Shown: one piece after another, positions 43,054 to 57,388 of the stretch | How positions within the stretch are numbered: the stretch's first letter is position 1 | Layout: each line of letters begins with the position of its first letter | NCBI RefSeq assembly: GCF_006345805.1 | Contig: NC_043012.1 | Span: forward strand, 18,972,001-19,036,000 | DNA from: Octopus sinensis | Lineage: Eukaryota | Direction: 5' to 3' | Length of the DNA: 64,000 nt | Translations under genes and position numbers: made by a program | Notes under the pieces: model-generated | The model's database searches: none | What the model was told of the DNA's origin: nothing | The model's input: the letters and a program-made list of their open reading frames with translations, nothing else

Positions 43054-44657
43054 CATATATATATATGTATGTATGCATATATATATATACTTATAATAAA
43101 ATTATATTTATATATATACAATTAAATTCTAAAATATTAATAACGTGTGTATTAATAAATCGTGTGTTGACGAAAAAGTATTTAGGCTGCTCTTATTAAA
43201 ATCCTTGGTTAAAAAACATGATTTTCGGTTTGGTCATGTTTAAATGTCATGCGTGACTACGTGTCTTATCACTTGATAAATATAGTACCTAAGATGACGT
43301 TAGAGATTTGAAGAACTGAAGAAGCTAATCAAATTATTGATTTTTCTAAGGGAGATTACATAATACGAAAAACAGAGGCATGCACCATACTGTGAATGAA
43401 ACTTCTGGATACTAAAATCAAACTAGAATGAAATCACATGGTCTTCATGGAAATTTGTCTCGATCAATATGAACACAGACGAAGAGGAAAAACCACGTAC
43501 TGTGAAATTGATAGGGCATGTATGCACAAACAGCCAATCATCTAAACAGCATGCATATGCATATATGTGCACACAAGTGGTTTCAAACAAAGTAGATTGC
43601 ACTCACTAGCAACGTAGAGTGTATTTATATATAGACGAGAGTAATTAAAAGTCAGTAGTAGTCAATGAAGACCACTATCTCCATCTTCTACTATTTGTTA
43701 AAATAATAGATGACATACGCATACACTCGTGCATATATATGTATAAATATGCGTCTATTTACAAGTATATTTATAAATATGAGTATTTGTAGGTACATAT
43801 ATATATTCTTATATAAATATATCTATTATATATCGATGTAGCTACTATGGTATAATTATAAGCAGGGCAAATTTTAACCATTTCTCCGCACACTAGAAAA
43901 ATGAACAAATTTAATCGGATTTTGAACCTTATTGTTTTCTCATCAGAGTAGTCCATAATTCTGACAGCCTCCAGGGAAACAAGGAAACAAACTATTTGTA
44001 TACTCAACAAATGCAGGAGAGTTTACTCTATGAAGGTCTCCCTAATTTGCATACCGAAAGTGATTAACACTCTGTGTGTTTGTGAATGTGTATGTGTGAA
44101 TGTGTATGTGTGTGTGTGTCTACTGAAAAATATTAGTTATGTGCAACATGAAACCGAATAAATCCTTGTGTAAAAGAAAATCATGGAGAGTTTAAAGAAA
44201 CACCTAAAGAAACTTCTACAGAAAAATATGACGTCACTATACCCAGATATTTTTCAAAATATTCCCGGAAATCAATACACTAAATTCCTTACCTTCCGAA
44301 GTAATACTCAAATATGAAAATGTGTGTGGCTGATAACTATAAATCGCAGGCCGGCAAGCATGTGACTGAGGTACTTAAATATAAGACTTTACGTTACTTG
44401 TACAATCTTGCTCTTTGTCCTTTCGAAAATCAACGGAATATATCAATCATATTTTCTTTATTCGTATTATAAAAAGGCTATGAGATTCCAGATATGACAT
44501 AGGGCGAAAGGTCGCATTCCCATGGTTTAGATACATAGCCGTTTCTGAAATACAGATGGAACAATCTACAGTAAAAAATTTCTTGGAATATTCGTGAACC
44601 GAAGAAATGGCTGAACATGACGGGGATAAAAACGATCGTTTTTATCGCACCAGAGAA

Positions 44658-44982
44658 GGAGCACTCCGTCGGTTACGACGACGAGGGACCCAGCTGATAC
44701 GATCAACGGAACAGTCTGCTCGTGAAATTAACGTGCAAGTGGCTGAGCACTCCACAGACACATGTACACCTAACGTAGTTCTCAGGGAGATTCAGCGTGA
44801 CACACAGTGTGACAAGGCCGGCCCTTTGAAATACATGTACAACTCATTTTTGCCAGCTGAGTGGACTGGAGCAACATGAAATAAGATGTCTTGCTCAAGG
44901 ACACAACGCGTCGCTTGGAATCGAACTCACGACCTTACAATCGTGAGCTGAATGCCCTAACCACTAAGCCACGCGCTTTCAC
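44658..44982 (-). mobile_element. Full-length tRNA-derived SINE family B
   Basis: The minus-strand head is GCGCGTGGCTTAGTGGTTAGGGCATTC...GTGAGTTCGATTCC (A and B boxes). It is closely similar over ~320 bp to 62737-63056, and the track ORFs 44607+ and 62699+ are near-identical. Confidence 0.9.
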
Positions 44983-45655
44983 TCGCACCAGAGTAGGTAC
45001 TGTTAGTCATGCAATGACATTTGAGGAAATTCACAGCTTCGTTAAGACACATTCCCTTTATTTCAATCATTAAAATCTGCAAAGCAATTATAGCAAAAAA
45101 ACAAAAAAACAAACAACAGCATCATCTTCTGCAGTTAAATTCCAATTTATGTCTGCGTTTTTGAATAACGTAAAACGGTTTTCGCCTATATTTCTTCCAG
45201 TGCAATAATGACATACATGTGCGTGTGTGTGTATGGTTGTGTGTGTGTGCCTGCATATACATATAACTATTCACACGGATCATAAATCATAGTATTCATG
45301 TGTTTCTCTTATTCTTAGGAAGTAACTTGATATAATTATTATTGTACTTCCATTGCAGCTCGCATTGAAACCTATTTCTTTACCACCCACAAGGGGCTAA
45401 ACACAAAGAGGACGAAACCGAAAGGTTTTACGTTCAGTCTCAGTGGACTGCTCCGAAATGAAATGTATTCTCCTATATCCCTAGAGCGATCAATACCTGG
45501 TAAAGGAACGGGATACATGCATAATGTTCAACCGTCTCATCCCACACGCATACACACACATATATATTAATTTATTTATTTATACAAACATACCTATGCA
45601 TATATGAGTATGTGTATATATATACATATATGCAAATATATAAATGCGTATATGA

Positions 45656-45711
<56 letters not shown>

Positions 45712-45746
45712 ACATACATATGCGTATATGGGTGTATGTATATATA

Positions 45747-47424
45747 CTGGGCTGTATCAGTGATGTCAACCCCCAACACACTATATCGGGCATAACGTTT
45801 GGTGCCTCTGATGTCTTAGCGGCGATAAACGAAATAAAACACAATTCAGCAGTAGGCCCCGATAGGTTCCCTGCTTGTGTCCTGAAGGTGTGTCGACACC
45901 AACTTGCATCTCCCCTTGCTAATCTGTGGAGAAACTCACTGGATGCTGGCTATATTCCTAAAGACTTTCTGTCCCAGTCTGTTGTCACAGTTTTCAAAAA
46001 AGGAAACAAGTCCCTTGCAGTGAACTACCGTCCGATCTCACTCACCTGTCATATCATCAAGGTATTTGAGAGGGTGGTGAGATCTCGAATAATCCAATTT
46101 CTGGAAAGCAACAGACGGCTGATCTCTAACCAACATGGGTTCCGTAATGGAAGGGACTGCCTAACGCAGCTCCTGCATCACTTTGATGATATTTTGAGAG
46201 CTTTGGGTGAGGGCTCCAACACCGATGTCATCTACCTTGATTTCAGGAAGGCCTTCGACAGGGTTGATCACAAGATCCTATTGAAAAAACTATCCAACAT
46301 TGGTGTCTCTGGAAAGTTACTGAAATGGATCAAGTGTTTCCTGACAGACAGATCTCAAGGAGTAAAATCAACCCCAGCCAAAGTCAGTAGTGCCGTCCGC
46401 AGGGCACTGTGCTGGGCCCACTTCTTTTCATCGTCTACATTAATGACATTAATGACATCAAACACAGTAACATAAAAATCTTTGCAGATGATTCCAAGCT
46501 CCAGAAGGTCATAATTGAGGCGAGTGACCGGACATGCCTTCAGTAAGATCTACTGGCTGTTATCCAATGGGCAGAAAAGAACAATATGCTGCTGAACGAG
46601 GATAAATTCGAGTTAATCCACTTTGGAAAAGAGGATGCCCTAAAACTTCCATACTCCCTTCTTTAAGGTGAAACTCGCGTGGCATCCAACAACATCAGAG
46701 ACTTGGGAGTAATTGTGGACAACAACATAAGCTGGGCCACTCATATAAACACCAAAGTTGACATGGCCCGCAGAATGTGTTCCTGGATTCTCAACTATCC
46801 AGTCGAGAGATATCCACACATTCATCCTTCTCTTCTCCACTTTTGCCCGACCCCACCTTGAATACTGTTGCCCACTGTGGTCTCCCCACACAAAACAAAG
46901 TATCATAAAAGATGAAGCACCTCAAAGGTCAATCACAAAAAACATAGATGGCAAGACAGGTCTCGACTATTGGGGTCGACTAGAAAAAAGATAAAACTTT
47001 ATTCTCCCCAACGTCGCCGTGAACGCTACATCATCTGCATGATGTGGAAAATATTCCATCGGCATTGCCCAAATGATGTTGGCATCACCTTTAAGGTACA
47101 TCCAAAGCTTGGGCCCCGTGCCATCCGCACACAACAGAAATCGCACTCTCATCATATAACAACAATACGGCACAATTATTTCACCTCAATTGGCCCAACT
47201 CCCTTTAACATTACACAAAAACACATTAAAACAGAAACACACCCTATAATGTTCAAGAAGTGTTTGGACAGTTTCCATCAAGTAATCCCGGATAAACCTC
47301 CTACACCCGGATATGTCTCTGTAAACAATAACTCTCTACATGAGTGGGCCATAGTGCCCAAATTCTGACTATTAAGTTAGACATGGCCTGGGCCAAAAAT
47401 GCCCAAACCTATAATAGTATCAAA

Positions 47425-47425
<1 letters not shown>
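45747..47425 (+). mobile_element. 5'-truncated CR1-type LINE (ORF2 reverse transcriptase, frameshifted)
   Basis: SAVGPD, VFKKG...[35 protein letters not shown], then after a frameshift [16 protein letters not shown] and IFADDSKL (46481-46500), DLGVIVD, RPHLEYCCPLWSPH, and RRRERY. Both sides are flanked by (TA)n. Confidence 0.95.
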
Positions 47426-47488
<63 letters not shown>

Positions 47489-50174
47489 ATACATATATAT
47501 CTGTGTGTATACCAGTGTGTGCATGCCTTTGTGTTTGAACTTGTCATCCCGCCACCTTATCTCTGGTGTTGGCTTGTTTATACCCTTGGTTTGCCAATAG
47601 GGATCATTAGAAGATATAGTAGATTTGAAGGTATGTACTGGTGTATACTGTTCGATTGGAATGCGCTGCCGCATCCTGACTACGCTGTAATGAGGGAAAC
47701 AATTAAAAATAAAAGATTCTATATTTCTTTTAATAACGTGATATTTTCCAAACTTATTTTGGGAAGCAAGAAGTGGCAACAAAATATAAAGATATGAAAA
47801 CGTAAGAGCCAAATTAAAAACAAAACAAATATGTAACGAATCACCTGTAACATTTCATGCTTTATTTTATTTGTGCCGGAAATCCAAAACGGAATTTGAA
47901 ATAACAAAACATATGTAACTCAAATTAATCTGTTTAGAATGCCATGGCATATATCCATCCACTTTTTCTCTCAAATTTTGCAAAAATTATAAATTTTTAT
48001 AATCATTAAACTACAGGCAAGTACATCTCCTGTCAACCTTTCATTTCAATTTCTGGGCAACAAATGTCGCAGTATGCTAGACATAGCAGAATTAGCTATC
48101 ATAAAATCTTACAATTAAGAGTTTAAATTATTTTTCTCCAATCATTACAAAGAGTAGCAACCAGGATAACGTATTTCTGAATTCAATGCTTTGGAATAAA
48201 TATGCGTTTGCTCAATCATAGTTTCTCTAAGGATAATCGGATGCAGAATAAGAATATTATTGATACTACATTTGGTATCGCAACTAGTAAAGAATATCCT
48301 GGCTTCTTCCTGATTGCAACGGTCCTATATTTTTTTTAACAGCGGGAGTGCCAACGTTCGTATTGTATTTGAGAGAGAGTGAGTGAGTGAGAGAGAGAGA
48401 GAGAGAGTTGTTTGAACAGCACTAAGTTTTCTCTCCCTTCAAGTATTTGCATTACACGACTTAATTGTATACTAGTCCGCGCACATACATTTATGTGTAA
48501 GTGTATCTGACACCAACAGCTTATACACTCTGTGGCATACTATTGCATACATACTGTGTCAAAATATTTATGCGTGCACGTTCGGAATATGCATAAATAA
48601 TAACGTATAACGTTACTAGATTCCAAGAAATTAGATAGCATTAGAACCGTTTAGATGGACAGATGCGAAAATATTACCATATTATTGAAATGAATATAAT
48701 TCAGTAGCAAACGGGATTCCATTTTTGAAGCTTGAGTATCATTGTAAGCAAAATAAACGATCTATAATCCCTCTACTCACACGCTCTCATGGAACAAAAT
48801 TATAGGTAACCGAGAGATTTATATTCATAATTATGTGCACGTGGGTTAGTTTTATCTGTGCTAACAAATGATTTTGAATACAATATTCCCAAAGGAACAA
48901 ATCATTCCACAAGAACATGTTGCTTGTTGTTATGCAGTCCTTCAAATGCATCTGAAACACGATGGATATATATATAAAACGCTTTTTTTCCCTCAGTTCT
49001 TGCTATGCATTTTCTACATCTACAATGCGGAGCAAAAACATTTCCTTTTAATATCATTGGTTAGCATAAACTTGAGCATTATTGCAAAAACATAAAATAA
49101 ACTTGTGATGGTTTCCATACCAGTGATTATTCGTTTTTGTTCAACCTTTTTCAGTTGCCATACTCTGACCTATGGAGTCGATATTTTTATGTTGGTCTTC
49201 CTAAATATGTTTAGAGTTACAGTGCAATACTTAAAAGAAGACCCGGAAACTGAGATGCATAAAATAACACGGGATGTTTTCCCATTTCACAGGAGTGTAT
49301 CACAAAGAAGAGTATCTCAATGAAGAATGGACGGAAGACTTTCAAGTCATTTTTTTAGGAAAATGGGAAACATTAGAATATTTATGCTACAACAGAGAAA
49401 TTTGCATTTAATGAGTTAAATAATTATCGCTACAAACACATGCTCTATGTTGTATTTTTTATTTAAAGCAAAATTTATGCAACTAAACACTTCAGATTCG
49501 ACATGCCCTTGTAATGTGAACAGAATGACAGAAAAGAAACGCAGTAGTTCTGTTAGGAGCTTGCCATAAATTATGTTTGAAATATTGGTACAATAACCTA
49601 AATACTCTTTAAAATGACATTATTTTCTCAAATCGTTCTCAATGCATGTTGAATAATATAATCTCCCAGAGACACACAAGCTATGAATTATACATACAAA
49701 TATAGTAAATACATAGATAATTATTTGGTAATATTAATCAGTTAAGTGGCGTAGGTATGAGAATGTATCGAGCAATTAAACTGTGGTAACGTGTCCGGTT
49801 AAATTATTTTCTTTTAGCAAGAAACTTCTAATATATCTTAGGCTCGTTCAACATTATATACAATAAAATATCATAATTCAATTTGATATATACATATTCT
49901 TAAAACTGTCGACTTAGTCGTCGTGCCCACTGAAGCCTCCGATGCCATACTCTGAAGGACTTAAATTGTGCTGCTTCAACTCATGCACATCTATCTAATA
50001 CATAAAGTATTTCGCTCAAAAGAGGGCATACCATTTGTATTGACATGTTCGTATTCACTTAAATCTAATCAGAAGTGACATGCCATCATTCATTTCCTGA
50101 TGAAGTAGGTGTGAAGATTGTGTGACATCGAAACATGGCTTTGAAAATTTGTTTACGAACGTGATACCACTCAC

Positions 50175-50412
50175 CAAAAAATTCTCCACAGATTGAAGAA
50201 GGTTAAAGAACACCGCTTTTCCATATTGTGTCTGGTTGTGTGGTTCTACTGAAGTAGTGAAGTGGACGGAGATGCCCTTTTTTTTATTTAGTGACGCTGA
50301 ATTGCCCCAAGTTCTACCATCGGTTTTACTCTCTGCGGTGACCAAGATATTGAGCAGTAAACCGAGCGTTAATCCTCTTGTTTTTCCTTCACCTGTCTTC
50401 GTTTTTTGCTGT
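50175..50412 (-). other. Candidate exon of an unidentified minus-strand gene
   Basis: A unique GC-richer block is bounded by the acceptor TTTACAG| (50412) and the consensus donor G|GTGAGT (50175). It contains an ATG at 50224 giving MEKRCSLTFFNLWRIF-. No homology was recognised. Confidence 0.3.
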
Positions 50413-50469
50413 CTGTAAATTTGAATTATGTACAGATGTGTATGTGTGTGTGCGTATTTACAGAGAAAC

Positions 50470-50507
<38 letters not shown>

Positions 50508-51030
50508 TGTTCCTTATGAATTCTTTATAGCGTTACCTATGGTTTCGCGTTCATAAAGTGCATAGGTTTACACATGTCTCATAAGACCTTAAACACATTA
50601 GGGTCTAGCGACCCTTGCCTTATATTCGGCGAACGTAGGATTAATCTATAAACCAGGCATAAATTGTACTGAATACTCTACTGCTCTATATCTTCTCTTT
50701 CGGATTTATGATTTACTGACGATAGAAACACACACACATATACATATAAACACACACACACACACTCACACACATATATAACGTTTTCTTGTGTATTAAG
50801 ACAACGAATGATTCCACGTTAAGAAAAAATTTTAAACACCATTCCACGAAATGATCGGCTTGAAATTTCGTTAAGATATTAAAATATTTGTTCTTAGCAT
50901 GACGCTATCGCTAACATTAAAACAAAAATAACGAAACTTTATCCACCATTGTGGTGTTGAGTACTCATCCTCATTGTTCGACTGTTACATATACATATGC
51001 GTTTGTGCGTGCGCGTATGTGTGTGTGTAT

Positions 51031-51081
<51 letters not shown>

Positions 51082-51249
51082 CATATACATGCATGTATGC
51101 ATGTATGTGTCTTATTTTTACCCCCAACACCTTTTGATAGCAGGACTTAGCTTCTTTATACCTAGGAAACCTGGTGATACGAAACAAAGTGTCATAGAAA
51201 TTGTACCATACTAAAAAATGATAAGCACGGAGGTTGATTTATTGGACTA

Positions 51250-51720
51250 ATGGTGCAGCATTCAGCCATTCGCTGACCCTCTCTCAGAAGCTTACACTCA
51301 TCCTTGTTTATGTCTCTGTCTCTCTCTTGGTGTGATACTCTGTCCTTGAGCCCCGTGCTTCTCACTACATATTTCACTCAATTTTTCTTTCACGTCTCCT
51401 TCATTTGAATTATATCTTATATTCTACTGCCACAGAACCAATCCCAACATTAATTCTTTTCATTCTGACTTGCATAACGTCAACGTCTTCTATGTCATGT
51501 AGACCAATCCTGGTCTGCCTAGCATTTCGTAATGCGGCGATAGTCAAAAGTATATTTCACACAACGAATTCGTCTGCGAGTCTGTTGTTTTAATTTGGCC
51601 GTCAAAAACTACAATGCACCTTGAAAATATTGCAATGTACAACACGGTTCAATTTGTATGTTTGTAATTTGCCCTCCATCCTGTTCTAAATCGTGTTCTT
51701 TCTTTATATCTACCACCGCA
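51250..51720 (-). mobile_element. Possible very old RTE-like LINE 3' coding remnant
   Basis: The broken minus-strand frame ...NRLADEFVV*...RQTRIGLHDIEDVDV... loosely resembles the RTE ORF end GRP...W.D.I..D. Confidence 0.25.
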
Positions 51721-51852
51721 ATAATTTTGTGATGATTCACACGACCATATAATAAGCAACATGGGACTACACTCCTCATGCTTTTGTTCAATTAATATTG
51801 TGTGTGTGAGTGTGTATGAAGACATATATGTAAGAATGTATGCATATTTACA

Positions 51853-52146
<294 letters not shown>

Positions 52147-52189
52147 ATATACATATATATATGAATAGATAAATGAATAGATAGATATG

Positions 52190-52372
52190 TTGATGCCTTT
52201 CTGTTCCCGTAACTTAGTGGTTCGACAAAATGAACCGAGATTATAAGTACCAGACTTAAAAATATAATTCGGGTCGATTCGTTCGACTACTAAAATTCTG
52301 CGAGGCGGCGCTCCCAGTATGTTCGCAGAGTAATGAATGCGGCAAGTAACACAATGACAAAATAAAAGAGTA
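52190..52372 (+). mobile_element. 3' half of SINE family A, diverged
   Basis: CCCGTAACTTAGTGGTTCGACAAA...TAAGTACCAGACTTA...GGGTCGATTCGTTCGACTA...GGCGGCGCTCCCAGTATG parallels the 30667 copy. Confidence 0.7.
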
Positions 52373-55149
52373 GGTAAACTGTATAAACGTGTATGTGCGT
52401 ACGCTAACTTTTTGTGTTGCATATACATAATAAGTTATCTGAACTGAATTTATAAGTGTGTATTATGAAACTATATATTTTCAATAATAGAGCTGCAGGA
52501 AACCTTTATAACAATAACATACGTTTTGAAATGTATATAGTGAAAAAATGTATCGAAATGATTTGAATATTTCCTCTTTTTTCGTCAGATGTAACATATG
52601 CGTCGAATTAAATAGAAATAGAAAAGAACACTCAATATGTCCACTTTTTGAAAACCATTTTTACTCTAATGACAATCCTCGAGTATAAAATTATCATTTT
52701 TTGAAAATTTGGGTATTTCTTTTTGAAGTTTTCTATTTCCTATGAAAAAATATATATTGACGTATTTCTATTTTCTTTTCCCATTGATACTTTAAGTACT
52801 ATAAATCATTTTGAAAATTTTAATACGTAGATCGTGTGTTCGTAACATTCATATATTCATGACGCATTGCAAAGCGGCATAGTGTTACGCTGTAGATATA
52901 CAAATTTTATTTTACTCGTAAAACTTTCAAATGCATTTCACTCCAGTTGAATTTTTCTGTATGCGAAATAAAATTGATCTATGATTGCATATATCGAAAC
53001 AATATATTGTTGGAAGGGAATTAGAAGTTCAGATAATATACATTTCAATTTAACATAATGATTCAACTATTTCCCCATAATTTAATGGAAGGAGAATTTT
53101 GCAAAATTTGCATATGTGCAAAATATGTTTGTAAAATATAAAGTTTCTGTGCTGCAAAATACATTCTTAAAATTTTAGACATCTGAATAACATACTGGTT
53201 AAATTTCAGAAATCGAGATCAACGCGACATATTTTCTTTCAAGAAATAAATACATTCATATACACATACCGAAATATAACAAATTCGGCAATGAATATGG
53301 CACAGATAACAGTTTCCATAGTGTAATTTTGATGGAGGTATATATTATTTCAGTCTCCATAAAATAGTTCTTATGGAACGAACTATTAATAATAAATAAC
53401 TTACAAGCACAAAATGTTTTTTTACTACCCTGCAGTTAATGTTCTTTCTGTTTTTTTCGTTGATAGATATGCAAGTAGTATCACCAGTAATATTAGCGAT
53501 GTATTAAGCTTACTAGAATTAACAGTTAAGTGCCTCTGCAGAATTTCAAAGTGTGACGCCATATAAAAGCAGAACATATCCTTTCCTCTATCATATAAGA
53601 CTGTTGTAGTTACTGCATCTACTTCTTTTCATAATTTGAGAAAGAGACATCGTGACACGACACAAATGGCAGAGGAATATAACCAATCCAGATATAAAGA
53701 GATAAATAAGTAGTCTATTAGTTGATATACATTTTAGTTATCAAACCTAAGATATGTAATTGATTTCACCAGTGTTTGATGTTAAAGAACAGAGAATATA
53801 TATTGCAAACAGTTCTAGTCAACGTCTTATTTCAATGCATTACACAATACAATGTTATATAATATTATTAGCTTCACACAGTTCGTGAACCAAAACATCT
53901 AAGCCAGTATGTGTCTCACTTTTTCATCATAGTCGATGTATTTAATTATCTGTGTTGCCTTATCGGAAGGGAATCCAACTTGACTACTCCTTTTGTATTC
54001 GATTATTAATCAATAAATATTAAATCAGCAAAAACAATAATACCAAGACTACCTGTCTATGTAGGCAAGTAAATGTCGCAGCCATAAACTTTTTCTTCCG
54101 TGGTTAATTATAAAAGGCGGATAAACTTACTTGCCTCGTATTACAGTGCTGAAAACACATATTAGATGAGTGTATTATATGCAAATTTCATGGAATCTTG
54201 CAAATATTTTATGCGTGTGTATTCAAATTATATCATGATAATATTTGATCATTGAAGATTGAATGATATAAAACTACGTTATAAATAAACATGGATTGGA
54301 GTGTGTAATTTGGATCTCTTTACATAAAACGTTAAGATATTGTGTATTCAGGCCAATAATGATATTCTAGATTTATTGAGGGTAAGTTTGACAAATCTGT
54401 AAATACGTAGAAGTAAAATACCTGACTTGTAAACATTTATATTTTCAGTTGAATAAAACAAATTCGTGTTTTTATTGGGTTTTGGAATATTACGTTAGTT
54501 TATTTCTATATTTTGTTAAATAAACATGTTGGTTTTTAATATTTCATGAATATATATTTCATAACTATAAGAACTCAATTATATCCAAAACTATTTATTG
54601 AATTCGAATTTATGTCTTAATATAACACGCACCCGGATATGCACGGAATCTAAACATTAAGAAATGAAATTTAATTCTGGTTTCAAAATTAGCTTAGATT
54701 ATAATTAACTATCTAATTATAAATCGCTCCATGCATTCAATTATGTTTACTAAACATGCGATTATTCCAATATGAACTACAGAGATTTATTTAGATTCGT
54801 CTTGATACATCATTTAAGTTCCGGATAATTTAAAAGAAATGTCCGCTAACATGTAAGAACAATGAATAACCATGATCAAATTATGTATTTACGCAGGTGT
54901 TGATGTTCTTAGAAATAATCAAATAGATTGTGACATAGGAAAAGAGATTTTTACAAAATATGAATAATTTATTTATTTATCATATCCTTCAAAATTATCC
55001 GTCCGCCAAATTATTATAGGTAAAATTCTCGTGATCGTCAAAAGCAAATAAACGCTCATTGATCATTGCGATAGTACTCACATTCATAAATGTGTTTAGT
55101 GTGCATGTAGTTGTGCATATATATACATATATATATAAATATACATATA

Positions 55150-55207
<58 letters not shown>

Positions 55208-55228
55208 ATATATATATATATATATATA

Positions 55229-55268
<40 letters not shown>

Positions 55269-55284
55269 TCTGTGTGCGTATGTG

Positions 55285-55330
<46 letters not shown>

Positions 55331-56115
55331 ATATTTCGCTCTAAAATAAAAGGAATTCTTCATCCTCAAAATATATTTCCATTTATATTACAATTTCATT
55401 CGTGCATTTCATTACGAACTATGTGTTTCCATTGATGGTGAACAGAGCTTGAACGAAGCTGCAGAGAAACATACACACGTTTGCATATGAACGTGCCGAT
55501 AGTATGTGCAGTAGGATCGTGGGTAATAACTATAAAATATGCTGTATGACACTATAAAATAAAAGTAGGAGGAACACGTCTCCATATTCTCAATCGTTAT
55601 AATTATTGCTATCACAAACTCCAGATAATACTACCGACAAGAGAAGCGAATACGGAGTTACTCATCAGAGGAACGTACAGCGTGAGAGACAACTCGTTTT
55701 TGTCATAGACGTTAAATAATAATCAGTGCGGTTAGCGGTAACCTGGAACATAGCAGAAGGCACATGCGCACTCACACATACACGTAATGTATTTCTTCGT
55801 CTGTGTCTTTGTTTGTGGATTTGTATATCCTTTTTCTTCTCTGTAAGTGATATCTGAAGCTATTCTTCCAGCAGAAAAAAAATTTGAAAGTTTAATTGTG
55901 TACAACTAAATATAAATTTGAAGAACCAGGCAAATATATTAGTTTCGAAATTTCTGATTAAAGTGAATCTGCACGAATCGAATATAAGCTAATCATCACC
56001 AAGCTTCAAGAATTGATTTAACTGTGGGCGAGCATTTCTTTTATATATCACGAACACAACTAAAATCTATTTTTATATATGACTTCAAAAATATAATAAA
56101 ATGAATGAATTAACC

Positions 56116-56151
56116 ATTACTGATGAGCTAAGCGAAACTAGCTAGTATAGT
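56116..56151 (+). ncRNA. Minimal type-I hammerhead ribozyme with canonical core
   Basis: AUUA-CUGAUGA-GC-uaa-GC-GAAA-CUAGCUAG-UA-UAGU. All conserved core positions are present. Stem III is the perfect 10-nt palindrome ACUAGCUAGU, the cleavage triplet is GUA, and stem I is 4 bp with one G-U. Confidence 0.65.
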
Positions 56152-57297
56152 CACCTCGCTAGCTGAGAGGTGGTTATCTCCTCTGCCAGTGCATAGATAT
56201 GTGCTTTTTCGGCAACTATAAGTGTATTTGACTCTTGTTTCTAGCAATATAGGTGCTACCCATCACCCCCAATGACTATTAGTGACAATTTAAATTGTCC
56301 TTGTTAGTTTTATATTTCATCTAGCAGCCGTCGTTTAAGTATATATTTACAAATATGCATGTTTTTGTTTGCGTATCGTCAAACATGGTTTGATAGCGTG
56401 AGCTTGACTGTTTCCATCCTCATAACAGAGAAACAAATAAAAAGGTAAACGATTGAAGATGTTATTTAGATTTAGTTGTGTGTATATATTTTTGAGACAC
56501 GAGGAGTTTGTCGCGCATTTTGTCGTGTACTTCGTTACAGTAGTTCATTTTTTCAAAATGCATGAAAATCTGGTTCGTTCTTTCCTGGAACGAATCGGCA
56601 CTTGTTTGATACATGTCCATAAATTCAAGGACAATGAAGTGGGAATAGCATATTAGCAAAAACTCCATAATACTCGAATGTGGAGTAAGACATTCGAGGA
56701 GCTTTTGAGGCATTGCGCAATCGTAGGAAAGTTTCTTCCACGAGAACACCTGAATTTTCTAATGGGTCAGCAAATACCGTGTCCCGGCGCCTTTTTAACA
56801 TACTCTTTCATTGCTGTTCTGTCTATGAATTTTTTCAATAAGCCTAATAATTCGAGCCCAGACCATCAGTAGAAAGCAAAACACAAGAAATCAAAAATAA
56901 AAGGACCTGTTTTTTAAAGACATCCTATATGAGAAGAGAAAACACACATACACGGAAACGTAACTTTATATTCATTTGTGTATCAGTTATACATTCCGTA
57001 GTAAATGTTATGCATCAAATGAACACATATTTTCAACACATGCATTTCCCCAGGCTATATAGCCGAAAAGAGCAACGTCAACGATTTCCTATAATGCGCA
57101 CGTTAGATAATGCAAAGAAGTGTGCCTTTGGAAGGAAGTTCTTCCACGGGAATATAATAAAAAAATTACATTTGAAATGATGAAGTGAGTCATATTCATG
57201 TTCCATATGTCAAATTAATCGCCCTTGACCCCCATATACACCCAGAGAATGATTAAAATTCATAACACTGACGCAGACACCTATCTATGTATATATA

Positions 57298-57388
<91 letters not shown>

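Noticed and set aside
44915-44982. tRNA-like sequences with A and B boxes (also at about 27450-27522, 30667-30735, 38890-38962 and 62990-63056)
   Set aside because: They have no complete cloverleaf or acceptor stem and each continues into a SINE body, so they are SINE heads rather than tRNA genes.
50095-50140. CTGATGA...GAAACATG hammerhead-like motif
   Set aside because: There are four unpaired extra nucleotides before stem II, no UH cleavage site and no convincing stem I.
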